A stretch of 64,000 bases of DNA from the NCBI RefSeq assembly GCF_006345805.1, contig NW_021833036.1:1-64000 (forward strand), read 5' to 3'. This DNA is from Octopus sinensis (lineage: Eukaryota). The notes under the pieces were generated by a model. That model was not told the DNA's origin, made no database searches, and saw only the letters and a list, made by a program, of their open reading frames with translations. The stretch's first letter is position 1; the number at the start of each line of letters is the position of its first letter. Made by a program: the position numbers and the translations under genes. Positions 60,835-64,000 of this stretch are shown piece after piece.

Positions 60835-62394
60835 CATCATCATCATCATTTAATGTCTGCTTTCCATGCTGGCATGGGTTGGACGCTTTGACTGAGGTCT
60901 GGCGAACCAGATGGCTGCAACAAGGCTCCAATCTGATCTGGCAGAGTTTCTACAGCTGGATGCCCTTCCTAATGCCAACCACTCCGAGAGTGTAGTGAGT
61001 GCTTTTTACATGCCATCGGCACAAGGGCCAGTCTGGTGGTACTGGCAACGGCCACGCTCGAAATGGTGTTTTTTATGTGCCACCTGCACAGGAGTCAGTG
61101 CCAGTGAGGCAACACTGGTAACAATCACACAATAAAAAGAATTGTTTCAAATTTCAGCACAAGGCCACTAATTTTGTGAGAGGGAGTTGATTACATCAAC
61201 CCCAGTGCTCAACCCCTAAAGGATGAAAGACAAAGTCAACCTTGGTCGCGTTTGAACTCGGAACAAAGCGCCGCTAAGCATTTTGTCTGACCTGCTTCCG
61301 CCAGCTTACGGTCTTCTCTAATAATAATTGGAATGTCCTGCAGAGATTCTACAGAAAGTTTGCTTCTTAAGAACAAGAAAGATCAACACAAGGGTTTTGA
61401 GCACTTGAAGGCTTTTTGAAATCATGTGGATACCTCAGGTTACAGGTGGTAACCCATAACCCAGGTAAATTCTACCAGGAATAAGACCAATCTCAAGTCA
61501 ATATTTTCTAATTTTATGCACAAAAGCAGAAATTTGTGAAAGGACTTAGTGGATGGCATAAACACTAAGATATGACTGGTATTTTATTTTGCTGACTCCA
61601 GAAGGACTAAAAAGGTAAATTTGGCCTCAGAAGATTTGAATTCAACACAAAGTGCCAGAGGAAAATACCGTACAACATGCTACCAGTTCTGCTTAGTTAT
61701 TGGTAGGAAGATCCGACCGTACGACAAGCACCCGTGCCAACCCCCTTTGCTTGCGAAGACATGTTGGGGCAAGCGAAATCGAAATCGAATTGAACCAGCC
61801 AGGATCCCTGGTCTGGTGGTACGTAAAAAGCACTATCCGACTCGTGGCCGATGCCAGCGCCGCCTCGACTGGCTTACGTGCCGGTGGCACATAAAATACA
61901 CCAATCCAACCGTGGCCGTTGCTAGCCTCGCCTGGCACCTGTGCAGGTGGCACGTAAAAAGCACCTACTACACTCACGGAGTGGTTGGCGTTAGGAAGGG
62001 CATCCAGCTGTAGAAACACTGCCAGATAAGACTGGAGCCTGGTGCAGCCTTCTGGCTTCCCAGATCCCCGGTCGAACCGTCCAACCCTTGCTAGCATGGA
62101 GAACGGACGTTAAACGATGATGATGATGATGATGATGATGAAGGCCTAATATTTTGGAGGGGGTGGCAGTCCATTACATCAACTCTGGGTTTATTTATTA
62201 TCCATAAAGGACTATACACAGAAATTTCAAAAAAATAACAACCCCGAATCTCAATTTGGCCCTTATTTCATTGACTCCCGCAAAAGGATGAAAAGCAAAG
62301 TCAACTTAAGAGGAATTTGAAATCAATTTAACACCTCTCCTGAAACTGCTGGCCCTGTGCCAAAATTTGAAACCATTATTATCATTATAAGAAA

Positions 62395-63436
62395 ACCATC
62401 CGAATGTGGCCGTAGCCAGTACCGCATCGACTGGCCTCCGTGCTGTGGGCACGTAACAAACACCATCCGATCGTGGCCGTTCGCCAGCCTCGTCTGGCAC
62501 CTGTGACAGTGGCACATAAAAAACACCATCCGAGCGTGGCCGTCTGCCAGACTCGTCTGGCACCTGTGTCGGTGGCACATAAAAAACACTATCCGAGCGT
62601 GGCCGTCTGCCAGCCTCGTTTGGCACCTGTGTCGGTGGCACATAAAAAACACCATCCGAGCGTGGCCGTCTGCCAGCCTCGTCTGGCACCTGTGTCGATG
62701 GCACATAAAAAACACCATCCGAGCATGGCCGTCTGCCAACCTCGTCTGGCACCTGTGTCGGTGGCACATAAAAAACACCATCCAATCGTGGCCATTCGTC
62801 AGCCTCGTCTGGCACCTGTGTCGGTGGCACATAAAAAACACCATCCGATCGTGGCCGTTCTCCAGCCTCGTCTGGCACCTGCGTCGGTGGCACATAAAAA
62901 AACACCATCTGAGCGTGGCCGTCTGCCAGCCTCGTCTGGCACCTGTGTCGGTGGCACATAAAAAACACATCACCATCCGATCGTGGCCGTTCTCCAGCCT
63001 CGTCTGGCACCTTGCGTCGGTGGCACATAAAAAACACCATCTGAGCGTGGCCGTCTGCCAGCCTCGTCTGGCACCTGTGTCGGTGGCACATAAAAAACAC
63101 CATCTGAGCATGGCCGTTCGCCAGCCTCGTCTGGCACCTGTGTCGGTGGCACATAAAAAACACCATCCGAGCGTGGCCGTCTGCCAGCCTCGTCTGGCAC
63201 CTGTGTCGGTGGCACATAAAAAACACCATCCGAGCGTGGCCGTTCCCCAGCTTCGTCGGCACCTGTGTCAGTGGCACATAAAATCACCCACTACACTCGG
63301 AGTGGTTGGCGTTAGGAAGGGCATCCAGCTGTAGAAACACTGCCAGATCTGACTGGCCTGGTGCAGCCTTCGGGCTCCCCAGACCCCAGTTGAACCGTCC
63401 AACCCATGCTAGCATGGAAAGCGGACGTTAAACGAC

Positions 63437-63455
<19 letters not shown>
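62395..63455 (+). mobile_element. RTE 3'-UTR element (family C) with a ~14-unit, ~62-bp minisatellite
   Basis: Unit ggtggcacataaaaaacaccatccgagcgtggccgtctgccagcctcgtctggcacctgtgtc across about 62400-63290, then the standard terminal segment and (ATG)n. Confidence 0.88.
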
Positions 63456-63467
<12 letters not shown>

Positions 63468-63600
63468 ATTATTAATATTTCTTCCCTTCTTCAAATTTTT
63501 ATTCTGATTCTCGCTGAGTGTTTTCCGTACTCCTAGGACAGAGAAGCTTTATTTATGGTATTAGCAACATCAATGTAAAAAGTTTTCCTGCATTAATACA

Positions 63601-64000
63601 TATTTATATATAAAAGTGAAGTTGTGTGTCTGTCTGTCTCCTACGATTTAGATTCCTAACTACTCCCACATTTTGCAGTGCAGTTTAACCAAAACCAGGT
63701 ATCTTATAGTCGTGATTCATATCGAGCCCTTCTGGGTATTAGCACGCGTCTACGATGAGTCTACGATTTAAAAAAAATTTACCATCATTCTTTTCCATTT
63801 TAATGCATTTTTTTGCTATTATATAAGGGAAGTAACTCTCTAAAAATGCTTATATAGTTATTTCCCTTACAAGCCCGAGTAACGCCTGGCAATACTGCTA
63901 GTCTTTATATATAAAAGTGAAGTTGTGTGTCTGTCTCCTACGATTTAGATTCCTAACTACTCACACATTTTGCGGTGCAGTTTAACCAAAACCGGGTATC
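63601..64000 (+). mobile_element. Head-to-tail Helitron dimer (63601-63901; second copy from 63902, cut by the window edge)
   Basis: Hairpin cccgagtaacgcctgg, CTAG at 63898-63901 immediately followed by TCTTTATATATAAAAG; homologous to 48136-48648. Confidence 0.85.

Noticed and set aside
62400-63290. CRISPR-like array (also 3935-4262)
   Set aside because: Whole ~62-bp units repeat with no unique spacers, there are no cas genes, and the context is eukaryotic; this is a minisatellite in an RTE UTR.
62306-63334. Long ORFs (323, 262 and 173 aa)
   Set aside because: They are translations of the minisatellite in shifting frames.
55820-64000. HEI10 N-terminal RING exon(s)
   Set aside because: I searched the non-repeat islands for CxxC, WVT, HIFC and CPA motifs on the minus strand and found none; they are probably beyond the window.

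Overview
This is AT-rich, very repeat-dense eukaryotic DNA; the SINE/LINE set looks like an octopus (coleoid cephalopod) genome, which is an inference. Two split genes lie tail-to-tail. On the + strand are six recognisable coding exons of SNAPC1 (snRNA-activating protein complex subunit 1) between 1624 and 30173; its N-terminal exon(s) lie left of the window. On the - strand are eight coding exons of CCNB1IP1/HEI10 (meiotic crossover E3 ligase) between 55818 and 37234; its RING-domain exon(s) were not found and probably lie right of the window. Nearly all else is transposon-derived: three tRNA-headed SINE families, 5'-truncated RTE, CR1 and Tx1 LINE ends, piggyBac-type MITEs, mariner relics, small Helitrons, fold-back elements, Penelope-like inverted repeats and microsatellites. 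Most supplied ORFs are repeat artefacts. Main observations: (1) a U12-type intron followed by a 21-nt micro-exon in HEI10; (2) a 93-bp repeat matching a SNAPC1 intron/exon junction, creating decoy or cassette 21-nt micro-exons in the same gene; (3) several minimal hammerhead-ribozyme-like motifs; (4) a SINE that inserts at GGTA and so may target itself. Homology calls rest on recalled human protein sequences, not on a database search. Repeat boundaries are approximate.
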